Virus record (IMG/VR): IMGVR_UViG_3300045988_101307
Coordinates: 24,894-88,893 of that record
DNA: 64,000 bases
Strand: one strand, 5' to 3'
Origin: a virus
Below the pieces are notes generated by a model. The model saw only the letters and a program-made list of their open reading frames with translations. It did no database searches and was not told the origin of the DNA. The position numbers and the translations under genes were made by a program. Of the stretch, positions 48,233-58,448 are shown piece by piece. Position 1 is the stretch's first letter. The number at the start of each line of letters is the position of its first letter.

Positions 48233-48487
48233 TTACCAAGCGAGATAAAAATTCCGCTTCACAATAATACAATGAGTGTAATTACTCAGGTCGATTCCGT
48301 TGTCCGTAAATGCATCCAGGACCCGTTTTTCCACGTATTTGAGTTTTACTGTTATCCCCTTCTTAAACACTTCTATTAACTTCTCATTGCACTCAATAGG
48401 TCCAATAAGACAGTATCTATTCGAAGGACTGTCTGATATACAATATGTCTGACATCCTAACATGTTGCTTAAAATTACTTCGTTCAT
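48233..48487 (-). CDS. Hypothetical protein (84 aa).
   Basis: ORF. Confidence 0.4.
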   Translation of the reverse strand: MNEVILSNMLGCQTYCISDSPSNRYCLIGPIECNEKLIEVFKKGITVKLKYVEKRVLDAFTDNGIDLSNYTHCIIVKRNFYLAW

Positions 48488-48494
48488 AATTTCT

Positions 48495-48971
48495 CTATGA
48501 TTCTAATATGGTGTCTACAAACTCCGTTATTTTATCAACGGATTCTTTTGATAAGGTATATCTTCTCCAATCCCATCTAAAATGCGCTTTTGGGAGATTT
48601 TTAGTAGAATATTTTTCATTTCCGTCCTTGTTAGTCCATTCGTAATTATCCTCTGGATCCGCCACTTTTATCCCCGATTTAGGTCCGTTACGAAAGCTAT
48701 ATAGCATTCTTATAACCGATTCAAAATCCGAACCTATATCAAATAGCATATGATACACCTTGTTTATTAAAGCCCTATCAGCTTGTTCCAAGTCTTCACC
48801 AAACAACTCTCTTACACTCCAATTTTTCATTTCTGAATAACGAATGAAATTAAGTTTCCCTTTTTCTATATTAGGATCTTTTCTTGATAATACAAGCTCC
48901 AAATCTTTCACAAATGATTCTTTTAGTTTCTGTTGTCCTAACAAGGCGGTGTATTTGCTCACTATATCCAT
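48495..48971 (-). CDS. Hypothetical protein (158 aa).
   Basis: ORF. Confidence 0.5.
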   Translation of the reverse strand: MDIVSKYTALLGQQKLKESFVKDLELVLSRKDPNIEKGKLNFIRYSEMKNWSVRELFGEDLEQADRALINKVYHMLFDIGSDFESVIRMLYSFRNGPKSGIKVADPEDNYEWTNKDGNEKYSTKNLPKAHFRWDWRRYTLSKESVDKITEFVDTILES

Positions 48972-49342
48972 TATCCAAAGTTTTTTAATATTGCTCCAAA
49001 CGAATCATATTTAATCCCTAATGTATCATGTGCCTTTTGGGATCCACATTCACATTCACCAACTCTTGCGCCGGACCCACACTCGCATAAGTCTATTCCC
49101 CAATGGTTGACGCAGTGGTTGCAGCAGCAGGACTGGTGAAGCCATGTGGCATCACCAGCATCCAAATCCAATTTTTCAAATGTTTCCCAAAACATGCTAT
49201 TCGAAGCACCATTATCAAAGCTGATAGTGACTGCGCCGCATTTACATTTTTGTATGTATTCTATTTTCATATATGTTCCATTTTCAAAATTTCTGGGGAT
49301 AGATATTCTTGTAACTCCAATTTGCGTATTGGGACAAGACAA
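48971..49342 (-). CDS. Cys-rich metal-binding protein (CKCG ... CCCNHC ... CECG ... CECG).
   Basis: About 13 Cys in 123 aa. Confidence 0.45.
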   Translation of the reverse strand: MSCPNTQIGVTRISIPRNFENGTYMKIEYIQKCKCGAVTISFDNGASNSMFWETFEKLDLDAGDATWLHQSCCCNHCVNHWGIDLCECGSGARVGECECGSQKAHDTLGIKYDSFGAILKNFG

Positions 49343-49713
49343 TCCAGATGTTTAGCGTCCATTTCTTGCCTATTCTCATCTACCCACATTAAAGTATCTT
49401 TACTGCTACATTCTGGGCATTTGTCAGCTCCACATGGAAGAAGCATTTGTGCTCCACATAAGACACATCTTACCCAGTCTCCGTGCTGCACCCCTTCGTA
49501 TGTTCTTGTTTTCATATTTGTCATTTTATCATTTACAACTTTCACTTCTTCGCTCCACAAACGTCTCTTATATATCGGAGTGATGCCGATCAGAATACCA
49601 CTATCTTCACCCCAATACTGAAGTGTTTTGGACTCAATTTTATGATGCAATTCCTGTATTCCTCCTTTGTTTCTGTCATAAGGATAAAAATCAGATAATT
49701 TTACCATTTTCAT
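49267..49713 (-). CDS. Zn-ribbon protein (CVLCG ... CPEC).
   Basis: ORF with two CxxC pairs. Confidence 0.45.
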   Translation of the reverse strand: MKMVKLSDFYPYDRNKGGIQELHHKIESKTLQYWGEDSGILIGITPIYKRRLWSEEVKVVNDKMTNMKTRTYEGVQHGDWVRCVLCGAQMLLPCGADKCPECSSKDTLMWVDENRQEMDAKHLDCLVPIRKLELQEYLSPEILKMEHI

Positions 49714-50447
49714 TTTTCTGGATTTTCAGTAGTTCCTAAAAGACATTCATTACCCTCAAAATGAATACAATAATCCCATAATGTTCCATTGGAACATTCG
49801 TACTTATAAGGCAATCCATTATAATCGTCCACAATTTCCCTTGCAAACAAACTGATATTCCATTTTTTATTTCCTTCTTTTCTTACCAGCACTTTGTCAA
49901 ACGGCTTAAAATCATATTTCGGCTCTTCTTTAGTCCCGAAGAAGCGTTTCAGATATTCTTTTGCTTTAGGATTTTCGCTTTTCTTTAACGCTTTAATCAT
50001 CTTCTGTTTTTCCGAATCTGTTGCAAGTCTATAACATTCTATGTGGTTTTCGTGTGCAGCCAAATTATCCGATATCTTAAGACTTGTTCCCGCTGCAAGA
50101 CTCGCATAAAAAGATGTTAAATATTTCCCATGCGTATTTAAAATAAAAATATAACTTCCACCTTTGTTGCTTAACACATCTCCATCTTTAAATGTAGTAT
50201 ATTCCGGGACTTCAAGAAGGAGGCGATTTTCGCTGCTAAATGCTTTTCCTGTAGCAGAAAACCAATCTGCCGATACAGAAATAGAATGAATTACAACCAA
50301 TAACGGACAAATTGACGAATTGTCTTCATATACTATTTCTGCTCCATTTCGTCCTTTCTCTGTCACAATCTGACCTACTCTTTCCCCTATGTTTATTTTT
50401 TTCGCCGTTTCTAAATCAAACGGGATTGTTACCATTTTATATTCCAT
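49710..50447 (-). CDS. Hypothetical protein. Paralog of 50452-51243.
   Basis: Shares PFDLxTAxKIxxGE, FKKGDVL and C-terminal DFKPFxxVLVR ... W ... LFxRE ... YEC ... CIxxEGNExLLGT with its neighbour. Confidence 0.55.
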   Translation of the reverse strand: MEYKMVTIPFDLETAKKINIGERVGQIVTEKGRNGAEIVYEDNSSICPLLVVIHSISVSADWFSATGKAFSSENRLLLEVPEYTTFKDGDVLSNKGGSYIFILNTHGKYLTSFYASLAAGTSLKISDNLAAHENHIECYRLATDSEKQKMIKALKKSENPKAKEYLKRFFGTKEEPKYDFKPFDKVLVRKEGNKKWNISLFAREIVDDYNGLPYKYECSNGTLWDYCIHFEGNECLLGTTENPEK

Positions 50448-50451
50448 AATC

Positions 50452-51243
50452 TTATTTGTTTTTATTGGTTCCTAAAAGATGTTCGTTCCCTTCGTATGGG
50501 ATACACTGACTAAATCCTACCCCTCCTAAGCATTCGTATTTATTATCTCCTACTGATTCTCTGGAAAATAGATGCAATTTCCACCTCTCTTGGTTAGTTC
50601 TTCTCACCAGCACTCGTTCAAATGGTTTGAAGTCACGTTTCGGCATCTCATCTAATAGATACTCATATTCACTTAAATATCGTTTTATTATATCTATTTT
50701 TCTACTGTCTTCGGCTTTTATAATCTTTTCTGCTAAAAATTTCTTCTCTTCTTCTATAGCCTTTCTTACATGCCGTTTTTTATCTTCATCATACACATCA
50801 GTCCATAATCCGCTATGATCAAACTCAATATCTCCAGATGTTACCATTCCACATATACTTCCCATTACCCCTTTGGTAATAAGTCCATCATATATAAATT
50901 GACATCCTTTAGTGCTTGTTAATACATCTCCTTTCTTAAAATACGCTCCAGCCTCTACCCTCAATTCCAGAGTGGTGCCGCCAATAATACAACCTTCCGT
51001 GTTGGCATATATAGCACTTATCCCATATCCATCTTTTTTTACAAAAAGCAAATTATAAGGACCTGCACAGTCTTTCGACTCATATACAAATTCTATTTCA
51101 ATATTATCAATTAATACCGAACCTTCTATTTCTCCGCTTTTAATTTTTCTCGCCGTATTTAAATCAAACGGAACAATAATTGCATTTTCCATATTTTTCT
51201 TGTTTTTAGTTGTTATAAAATAAGATGGGTTACTTACGCCCAT
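50452..51243 (-). CDS. Hypothetical protein. Paralog of 49710-50447.
   Basis: See the neighbouring gene. This is a tandem duplication. Confidence 0.55.
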   Translation of the reverse strand: MGVSNPSYFITTKNKKNMENAIIVPFDLNTARKIKSGEIEGSVLIDNIEIEFVYESKDCAGPYNLLFVKKDGYGISAIYANTEGCIIGGTTLELRVEAGAYFKKGDVLTSTKGCQFIYDGLITKGVMGSICGMVTSGDIEFDHSGLWTDVYDEDKKRHVRKAIEEEKKFLAEKIIKAEDSRKIDIIKRYLSEYEYLLDEMPKRDFKPFERVLVRRTNQERWKLHLFSRESVGDNKYECLGGVGFSQCIPYEGNEHLLGTNKNK

Positions 51244-52298
51244 CCCAGTTGCTTTGCAATACTTTCCATCTCACTATACGCAATACGATGACATCCGGCT
51301 GTCAGTATATCGTTTTCATACCGGTTTATGCTCCACTTATTGCCATCCACGTCCTCTACCAGGCCATGCCGGAACTGGCCTCCCCGGTGCAACAGCGACA
51401 CCACCTGCCACATCCTTCTGGCTTCTTCTATCCCGATTTTTATTTGTTTGCTCGTTTCAATAATTCCTCCTTTTATACGCATCCAAGCATTTACGTCAGC
51501 ACAATCAATAAAATAATATGAATGCAAGAAATTAAGTTCTCCCGACTTCCATTTTTCTAATCTTTCATAAAAATCCTTACGAAATTTATCTAATTCTTCT
51601 TCCCTTGCCCTTCGTTTTTTTTCCTGTTTTGTTTCTATATTTATTCTATATTTTTCAACTCTTTCCCGATATTTCAAATAAGTTCCTTCACCACAAACTT
51701 CATCTACAATCACATTAACGGTTCCAAGGACTTCCAGTGCTTTATGATTCAACAATATCTGGAAAATACGTTTCAACTCACGGACATGTTCACGTTTAAT
51801 CTTATCTGATTTCTGTGATAATTCATGGTTAGTTCCAAGCCATTCGTTTGCGCTCTTTTTAAGAAGACGCTGGGAAGTCCCCATATCGAAGAACTCAATG
51901 TAATCCATCATATTTTTAAAAGCTCCCCAAACATCCCGATAAGACAATTCGGTTCTGGCTTTCTTGTATTTTTCAATAGCATCTTTAATATATTCCAACA
52001 TATTGGTAACAAAGAGCATGTTACCGATACAATATGATATATTACATTCAACATAGAACACCTTTGAGCCAGTTGGTATTGCTTCACGAACACGACATTG
52101 ATGTTTGCTTGTAGAAGAAGAATAATATATGTCATTAATCAAATACGCCTTTTCCCCACGCTTGTTTCGCACGATTCTTCCGACCTCAAAATGTCTTCCA
52201 TAGGAGTAAATACTTTCTCCTTCAAAATAGAAGTTACTACCATTCGCTGATTCTTGCTTTTCGTTTGCCCACAAGTGAGCGACCATTGAATTGTTCAT
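51234..52298 (-). CDS. Hypothetical protein (354 aa).
   Basis: ORF. Confidence 0.55.
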   Translation of the reverse strand: MNNSMVAHLWANEKQESANGSNFYFEGESIYSYGRHFEVGRIVRNKRGEKAYLINDIYYSSSTSKHQCRVREAIPTGSKVFYVECNISYCIGNMLFVTNMLEYIKDAIEKYKKARTELSYRDVWGAFKNMMDYIEFFDMGTSQRLLKKSANEWLGTNHELSQKSDKIKREHVRELKRIFQILLNHKALEVLGTVNVIVDEVCGEGTYLKYRERVEKYRINIETKQEKKRRAREEELDKFRKDFYERLEKWKSGELNFLHSYYFIDCADVNAWMRIKGGIIETSKQIKIGIEEARRMWQVVSLLHRGGQFRHGLVEDVDGNKWSINRYENDILTAGCHRIAYSEMESIAKQLGWA

Positions 52299-52310
52299 AT
52301 AAGTATCTTT

Positions 52311-52625
52311 TTAATTGTTTAACTTACCTTTATCATATGACATTCTCTTTTCGTATTTTTCAATACGTTCGGTTATCATATCGCAGAAGACTTGCCCCTC
52401 TTTTTCGGAACCTCTGAAGTAACCAACCATCTTCAGAATATTTCCGTCAAATTCATGGACAAACTTGTTATAATAATGTTCACCCATAACTTTCCCGTAT
52501 TTTCCCATAAACAAATCCTTGTCTAACGACTCATCCTTGAAACAACGGTTGTAATCCCATCTTACAATACGAAACAATGTTTCAAAATCCAATCTTTCCA
52601 TATCCTGTATTTTATTTAAGCTCAA
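52311..52625 (-). CDS. Hypothetical protein (104 aa).
   Basis: ORF. Confidence 0.45.
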   Translation of the reverse strand: MSLNKIQDMERLDFETLFRIVRWDYNRCFKDESLDKDLFMGKYGKVMGEHYYNKFVHEFDGNILKMVGYFRGSEKEGQVFCDMITERIEKYEKRMSYDKGKLNN

Positions 52626-53508
52626 ACTTAATACCTTCCGGCAACTGAGAGCGGTCTACCTTATTCACAAAATCATCAAACTCTTCCTGTGTGATTTTTT
52701 CTTCATAACCGTTCCAGTTGAAAGACAAAGTGTTCGTGTGAGAATAATATATAACATTATCGGTAGACAACCCATAATCAAACACACAGAGCATTATCTT
52801 CTTTTCTGCTTCTGCTTGTCTGATTTTCTTATCGTATCGCTCACAAATTTCAGCACGTTTTGCCGCTATCTTTGCTTTATGGGCTTCCACTCTGCGTTTC
52901 TCTATATTTTCTGAGGAATAATGCCCGGCTTTAATACGCTCTTCAATAAGAGATCGTTCCTCGTCCGTTAGTGTTAAAACAAATCTTTCTTCTTCCGGCT
53001 TATATGGATTAACCCACTTCTTACCACACAATTTTTCAAGTTCCGCAATAAGTTCTTCTGATTCTCTTTTCCATCTATCCACGATCCCCAGATTGAAAAG
53101 CATATACCTGAAATACAACTTATCCTCAGAGGCTTTATATAATTCTACGCATTCTTGTTCTGATATACGCAAATACTCCATTGCCACAGACATACCGCTT
53201 CTTCTAACGTGATATATGCCATTTTCCACCGGATACATAGGAGCACCATAATGGTTACAAAGATGCAACGATATGAATTTTGCCAATTCCGGAAAATGTT
53301 TTGCAACTTCATCATGGCAGCAGCCTCCTAAGTAATCCTCATATTTTCCATGCTTGTTTTTCCAGTCAACGTCGGCTGTTATGCTCCAGTCGCATATGTT
53401 ATTTTTGCAGTCATCATCCAAAGAGATTCTAACTGTTATTCTATAATCTTCTTCATTTTCTGTAAAGAATTTTGTACCTGAATAAAACAGTTTGTTTGTA
53501 GTTTCCAT
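52612..53508 (-). CDS. Hypothetical protein (298 aa).
   Basis: ORF. Confidence 0.55.
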   Translation of the reverse strand: METTNKLFYSGTKFFTENEEDYRITVRISLDDDCKNNICDWSITADVDWKNKHGKYEDYLGGCCHDEVAKHFPELAKFISLHLCNHYGAPMYPVENGIYHVRRSGMSVAMEYLRISEQECVELYKASEDKLYFRYMLFNLGIVDRWKRESEELIAELEKLCGKKWVNPYKPEEERFVLTLTDEERSLIEERIKAGHYSSENIEKRRVEAHKAKIAAKRAEICERYDKKIRQAEAEKKIMLCVFDYGLSTDNVIYYSHTNTLSFNWNGYEEKITQEEFDDFVNKVDRSQLPEGIKFELK

Positions 53509-53519
53509 ATTATTTCAAT

Positions 53520-53753
53520 TTAATCATTACACTTATAAAAAATAAAATCTGCACATTCTCCAGGAAGTGTTCCTGCGTCATTACAACGGTAAAACCCCTG
53601 CGTTCCCCAGTCTACATCTACCGGATAACCTTCTGCTGCTTCCAAGAAGCGTTGGATTTCCTCACATTCTTCATCCGTTAATCCAGTGTAATCATCATTG
53701 ATTAACGGGCAAGCCCAATAAGAGGGCAGTCTGTATCTTATTACCTCTATCAT
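53520..53753 (-). CDS. Hypothetical acidic Cys-containing protein (77 aa).
   Basis: ORF. Confidence 0.4.
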   Translation of the reverse strand: MIEVIRYRLPSYWACPLINDDYTGLTDEECEEIQRFLEAAEGYPVDVDWGTQGFYRCNDAGTLPGECADFIFYKCND

Positions 53754-54142
53754 AGCTTTATCAGTTTACAATTTGCATCTTCAAATACCGGAATCATCCC
53801 TTGTTCTCTAAAATAAGCAGTGGCCACTTTAAAAGCATACAGCGGATTTACTTTCTGGATTTCCCGCTGTGATTTGTAGAAAGATAACGGTTTACATACA
53901 TAGAAGTTTTCATTGCCAAGACTCCCAAAAAGCCAATCCATACTACCTTCATCACAATTAGTGCCACCCAGTATTATTAAATCACATCCGGTCTTTCGGG
54001 TTCCAAGAATAAATATCTTATTCTTGTTTTCCGGTTGCATAAATATCTCCCTGTCAATCCCAAACCAGTCGCCTTGGCAACTCTCCACATCCCGGCGAAC
54101 AATTTCGTCAATTTCAAGTGCATATTCTTCTTGTGTTTTCAT
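53750..54142 (-). CDS. Hypothetical protein (130 aa). Possibly Rossmann-like (ILGGTNCDEG).
   Basis: ORF. No domain assignment is supportable. Confidence 0.45.
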   Translation of the reverse strand: MKTQEEYALEIDEIVRRDVESCQGDWFGIDREIFMQPENKNKIFILGTRKTGCDLIILGGTNCDEGSMDWLFGSLGNENFYVCKPLSFYKSQREIQKVNPLYAFKVATAYFREQGMIPVFEDANCKLIKL

Positions 54143-54150
54143 AAGATATG

Positions 54151-54669
54151 TTATAAAAAATGATAAATGAATATTCCTCTTATTTTAATGACGGTTCCAG
54201 GCTTTAAACCTTGAACCCATTCTATTAGTGTTATTGGATCTTTTACAACATATCCCGGATATGAATCAATGTAAATACGATACGCGTATCTGCAAATCCC
54301 ATATTTTATTACATAAATAAGATTATGCCCATTCATATTTTTGTTAACATTCATTTTATCTACCCCATTTTGTATAGCACGCATCCATTCCTCTTTTACA
54401 TCTTCTATATTACCATTATATATAATTTCATCATCAACTTCCCCCTTTTCAAATATTTTACCAAGACAAGGGTCATTTAATAAATCCTTGATCTCACTCT
54501 TTCTGTCACATTCTCGTATTTCTTTCGTGTAATCTATAGATGTGTTATTATAGGAGATTTCCCCATCCATGTATCTCCCTGTATATTTCGACTTTTCTTC
54601 TAATTCAAATATTATTCCATTCATAAAGCATTTTTTAAATGTAGTTATATAACTTCTGAATAAAATCAC
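54151..54669 (-). CDS. Hypothetical protein (172 aa).
   Basis: ORF. Confidence 0.5.
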   Translation of the reverse strand: MILFRSYITTFKKCFMNGIIFELEEKSKYTGRYMDGEISYNNTSIDYTKEIRECDRKSEIKDLLNDPCLGKIFEKGEVDDEIIYNGNIEDVKEEWMRAIQNGVDKMNVNKNMNGHNLIYVIKYGICRYAYRIYIDSYPGYVVKDPITLIEWVQGLKPGTVIKIRGIFIYHFL

Positions 54670-55000
54670 TCATGGTATTGGCATGTTCTCTAAGATCATA
54701 CCAGTCCATTTCTTCAATATCCCAAGGTCTATTCTCCTTTATATGTGGATAGAATACGTTTGTGTCCCCTATCTCCAAATTAATCAACTCATCTATTATT
54801 GATTCCGGTTTGCCAACAATGAAATACCAATGCGTCGAAATCTCTTCTTTATCAAATTCTTCCCATTCATTATTCCAAAACTCTTTTGATGTCATGGATG
54901 GGCACTCACTCATTAACTTCTCCCAAGCCTTCTTATCTTTGTTTCTAGACCAATAGACTTCTCTGTTTTGCTCTGTAATAGGAATTTTTATTATTTTCAT
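54635..55000 (-). CDS. Hypothetical protein (121 aa).
   Basis: ORF. Confidence 0.45.
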   Translation of the reverse strand: MKIIKIPITEQNREVYWSRNKDKKAWEKLMSECPSMTSKEFWNNEWEEFDKEEISTHWYFIVGKPESIIDELINLEIGDTNVFYPHIKENRPWDIEEMDWYDLREHANTMSDFIQKLYNYI

Positions 55001-55013
55001 ATCTGTATAGGTT

Positions 55014-55427
55014 TTAAAAGAAACTCCAACAAAATGTTACGATAAATTCTCCCACTCCGTATTCAGCAAGTTGCTTAAACGATTCTATCCCATTGCAATA
55101 ATAAAAAACATCATCATTATCATCATCGTTGATGCTCAATGATAGTTTTATTGTCTCTCTTTTATCGTCTCCTGTCTTCTTCCACACAATCTGACATTCT
55201 ACGTATTCAGGCTCCTTACCTGTTTTTTCTACAAATTCATGAAATCTTAAATCAATTTCATGTTTGACTTCTTCAACGTTAGATATTATTACCTCGTTTT
55301 CACAATCCCCGCAAATAGCATGCGCGAAAGATTCATCAAAATAATCTATTATTTCTCTGGTATTCGGATTTACTATAGCTTCACAAGCAACCTTTGTTCC
55401 ACCACATCTTGTACATATATATCCCAT
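55014..55427 (-). CDS. Zn-ribbon hypothetical protein (137 aa; CTRCGG ... CGDC).
   Basis: ORF. Confidence 0.5.
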   Translation of the reverse strand: MGYICTRCGGTKVACEAIVNPNTREIIDYFDESFAHAICGDCENEVIISNVEEVKHEIDLRFHEFVEKTGKEPEYVECQIVWKKTGDDKRETIKLSLSINDDDNDDVFYYCNGIESFKQLAEYGVGEFIVTFCWSFF

Positions 55428-55640
55428 AATTATCTTCTTTTAAAATGTTCAATAATTTCATCTACTGTAACCTTACGCCATGTGATGCAGCCCGCGTCTC
55501 CCCTGAACCGGAGCTCTTCGCACTTTACCCCACCTGTCTCCTGTGGCGTCCGTCACTATCAGCCGTTGACCTGAATCAGTATTATTTGTAATTCTTTGGT
55601 GTTCTTTCTGATAATACACCCTCATGATCCCCCCATCTCC

Positions 55641-56483
55641 TTATTCTTTCAGATTATGTTCTTTCATTATTTCTTCTATCAATTCGTCTGTTTCCATATA
55701 ATAACCCCAACAGGAATCAACCTCTTCCCATTCTTCTCCCTCTTCATCCTCCCTGGATTTATCTTTGTATTTCTTGACAAATTTCACTTTCTTTTCAAGC
55801 ACGTACCCCTTTACATCTCCCCACATCCACATACCTATGGATTTCACTTCATCATCAATCAATTTGTCAATTTGGGTTTTCCAATCGGAAGTATTATTAC
55901 TAACCATTTTTGTGTACCTCTCCTTTGTACAGAAAGCTATACCTTTAACATAATCCCCTTGACTGTATCCTGTTGTGGACCATTCTTTGACAAATATATC
56001 CTTGCCTAAGTCTGAAAGAATCTGAATCAATTCTTCACATCCTAAGTCTTCTATAAATTCATCCGTATAATTATACGTGTAAAGATCTGATGGAGAAATA
56101 CTAATAATTTCCTTATACCCCTTATGTTCAGTGTATTGGTAATTGTCATACCATTCTAAATACCACATTTTATCATGGTTATCATATCTCATTCGATAAC
56201 CGTCAATCTTGCCTTTCTTAAAATAATTCAGCAAGTCTTTCCATTCAACATATTCACTAATAAGTTTATGTAGCGCATCTATAAGCGAGTGTCGACTATC
56301 TCCGTATTTACCAAATACTTCTCTCCAATCGCACACATATTGCAGTCGGGATGAATCGCTATATTCCCATAAGAAACATGCTGCCATATCCCAACTTTCG
56401 CAAGGACATACGCTGTCGGTATCGTAGTATATTTTTATACGATAATTCCCTACTTCTTTTGTTGTAATAAGTCTGTCTTCCAT
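55641..56483 (-). CDS. Hypothetical protein (280 aa).
   Basis: ORF. Confidence 0.55.
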   Translation of the reverse strand: MEDRLITTKEVGNYRIKIYYDTDSVCPCESWDMAACFLWEYSDSSRLQYVCDWREVFGKYGDSRHSLIDALHKLISEYVEWKDLLNYFKKGKIDGYRMRYDNHDKMWYLEWYDNYQYTEHKGYKEIISISPSDLYTYNYTDEFIEDLGCEELIQILSDLGKDIFVKEWSTTGYSQGDYVKGIAFCTKERYTKMVSNNTSDWKTQIDKLIDDEVKSIGMWMWGDVKGYVLEKKVKFVKKYKDKSREDEEGEEWEEVDSCWGYYMETDELIEEIMKEHNLKE

Positions 56484-56494
56484 GTCTTTGTATT

Positions 56495-56953
56495 TTAAAT
56501 AGTTTTTAACTTCTCATCAATAAATGCATCTATTACATCATAGTATGAACCATTAAAATCATAATTTTCATATTTTTCCGTAAACTCTTTAGCCCACTTT
56601 TGAATGATGTTAAATGCCTCTTCCCTGCTACATTCTTTTAGTCCTGATAGATAATCCACAGCTTCCACCGATAACTCTTGTAGATTTCGTAAGTAATTCA
56701 AACCTATGCTATATGGTAGCTTACCTACTTCTATACATACATAATGACCCTGTTTAAAGGCATCCTGTAAATCTTCCAAACTTTCTATCAATGACTCGGA
56801 CTCATCATCTACTCTCACCTTGTATAACTCAAAATCTTCATTTTCTGCCAACACCCATATCTTGTAGGCTTTTTCGTTGGACAATCTTTTCCAAACAAAT
56901 CCGTCACTGAATACAATCAGGCTACCTGTTACTATCGTATTTTTCATAATCAC
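56495..56953 (-). CDS. Hypothetical protein (152 aa).
   Basis: ORF. Confidence 0.5.
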   Translation of the reverse strand: MIMKNTIVTGSLIVFSDGFVWKRLSNEKAYKIWVLAENEDFELYKVRVDDESESLIESLEDLQDAFKQGHYVCIEVGKLPYSIGLNYLRNLQELSVEAVDYLSGLKECSREEAFNIIQKWAKEFTEKYENYDFNGSYYDVIDAFIDEKLKTI

Positions 56954-56956
56954 TTT

Positions 56957-57271
56957 CTAATCTGTTATTCTGTAATAATAATCAAGTTCTTCTCCCTTAA
57001 AATTGTTCATGGCATACTCATCAGCTTCTTGCCATAACCGGTCATACAATGCAGCCAGTTTGCGATTGCTTTCATAATGTTGCCATATTTTATGATTCAA
57101 CACAATCACCAATTCTGTGAAGAACTTATAATTACCTTTCCATTCATCAAACGCACGTTTGTAGGTATCTTTGACACCTGCTATACCATACTTATCAGCT
57201 ATGCTGAAATCTTCCCAAAAGGTAGTCATCAGATCATAGCCTACTTCTTTCATAAATTCTTTGAATGTCAT
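56957..57271 (-). CDS. Hypothetical protein (104 aa).
   Basis: ORF. Confidence 0.45.
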   Translation of the reverse strand: MTFKEFMKEVGYDLMTTFWEDFSIADKYGIAGVKDTYKRAFDEWKGNYKFFTELVIVLNHKIWQHYESNRKLAALYDRLWQEADEYAMNNFKGEELDYYYRITD

Positions 57272-57402
57272 AAACTATTATTTTAGGTATATGATTGCCT
57301 AAATTCATAATATTTGTATCGTTTTCATTGTTCACTATCTGACTAATATACGACCCTGGCCACAGACAGCCAGGCCGACCTCATGGCAGGGCAGGCTCCA
57401 CC

Positions 57403-57591
57403 TTACCCTGGCTGTTCTGCCCACTCCCTGTACCCTACGTTAAAACCAATAGGATCATACCTTTTGATCATAGTGCCGTAATTCTCTCTACCGCAATACC
57501 TGTTCTTTCCTCCAATGATCCATGTTTCATCGTCTCTATCTGGAGATATGGAGTTAAGAAACTTCTCATAATCTTTTCTACTCTTTCCCAT
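57403..57591 (-). CDS. Small hypothetical protein (62 aa). Its 3' end runs into a GC-rich hairpin island.
   Basis: ORF. Confidence 0.35.
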   Translation of the reverse strand: MGKSRKDYEKFLNSISPDRDDETWIIGGKNRYCGRENYGTMIKRYDPIGFNVGYREWAEQPG

Positions 57592-57946
57592 CTTTGTCTT
57601 GATTTAAACAATAGTTAATAAAATAAGCAACCTGTTCATTTTCCCCTGTATTATCATAATCACCTAAAGTCATATCATCATAATCCAGCAGAACTATACG
57701 AAAATCGTTTTTTTTGACATACACTTCCGTTAAATACATAGGAATCCCAGCAATTTCTATTATCACCGGAAACTGATCATCGAAGTCAAACGCATCATTA
57801 GTTTCTTTAAACTCTTTAAATTCTTTGAATTTTAGCTTTATACTTCCACCGTTCTCCACTAATGCCTCTTTGATGTACTTTAATCTTTTTGCATTCAGAT
57901 CAACCTCTGCTTTTTCTATTTCTTTGTACAATTCATTCAGATCCAT
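57578..57946 (-). CDS. Hypothetical protein (122 aa).
   Basis: ORF. Confidence 0.45.
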   Translation of the reverse strand: MDLNELYKEIEKAEVDLNAKRLKYIKEALVENGGSIKLKFKEFKEFKETNDAFDFDDQFPVIIEIAGIPMYLTEVYVKKNDFRIVLLDYDDMTLGDYDNTGENEQVAYFINYCLNQDKDGKE

Positions 57947-58448
57947 ATTCCACTATATTTATGTTATCGAATTTTTCTTTTATAACATCCAAGGCACCAC
58001 ACTCGTTTGTTACCATAACATACTTTCCTGGCTTCATTCTCCACAGATTGAAATACCTTGTCACATTTATAATGTTATTAAATAATGATATTTCGTATCT
58101 TGTGTTCCCATTTTCATCATGTCCCGCTTTTTTAAAATAACATAGGGTCGGCTTGTATTTGAAATAATTAAAAAGCCTATACCATCCCTTCCCGTTACAT
58201 GTTTCACGATTCCATATTCCAGTAAGCTTCCTATATCCCCTTACCGGTATTTTCTCTATTTTTTTTGGTACGATCTTGACATACTCTCCTTCTCCGATTG
58301 GTATAGTCATATTACCTGTCTCTTCCGTGCAAAAGTATTCTATTTCAGATGCCATGTCTTTATATACATAGAACCGGTATAGGTTCCCGTCAGGGTCTAC
58401 CCGATCCATGTAATATAATATCACTTTGTCTACTTTTATCTTTTTCAT
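57933..58448 (-). CDS. Hypothetical protein (171 aa).
   Basis: ORF. Confidence 0.5.
   Translation of the reverse strand: MKKIKVDKVILYYMDRVDPDGNLYRFYVYKDMASEIEYFCTEETGNMTIPIGEGEYVKIVPKKIEKIPVRGYRKLTGIWNRETCNGKGWYRLFNYFKYKPTLCYFKKAGHDENGNTRYEISLFNNIINVTRYFNLWRMKPGKYVMVTNECGALDVIKEKFDNINIVEYGSE

Noticed and set aside
57340-57402. GC-rich segment as a DGR template repeat for the DUF1566 gene.
   Set aside because: Only an 11-mer (gccaggccg) is shared, and flanking sequence does not align. This is insufficient for a template/variable repeat pair.
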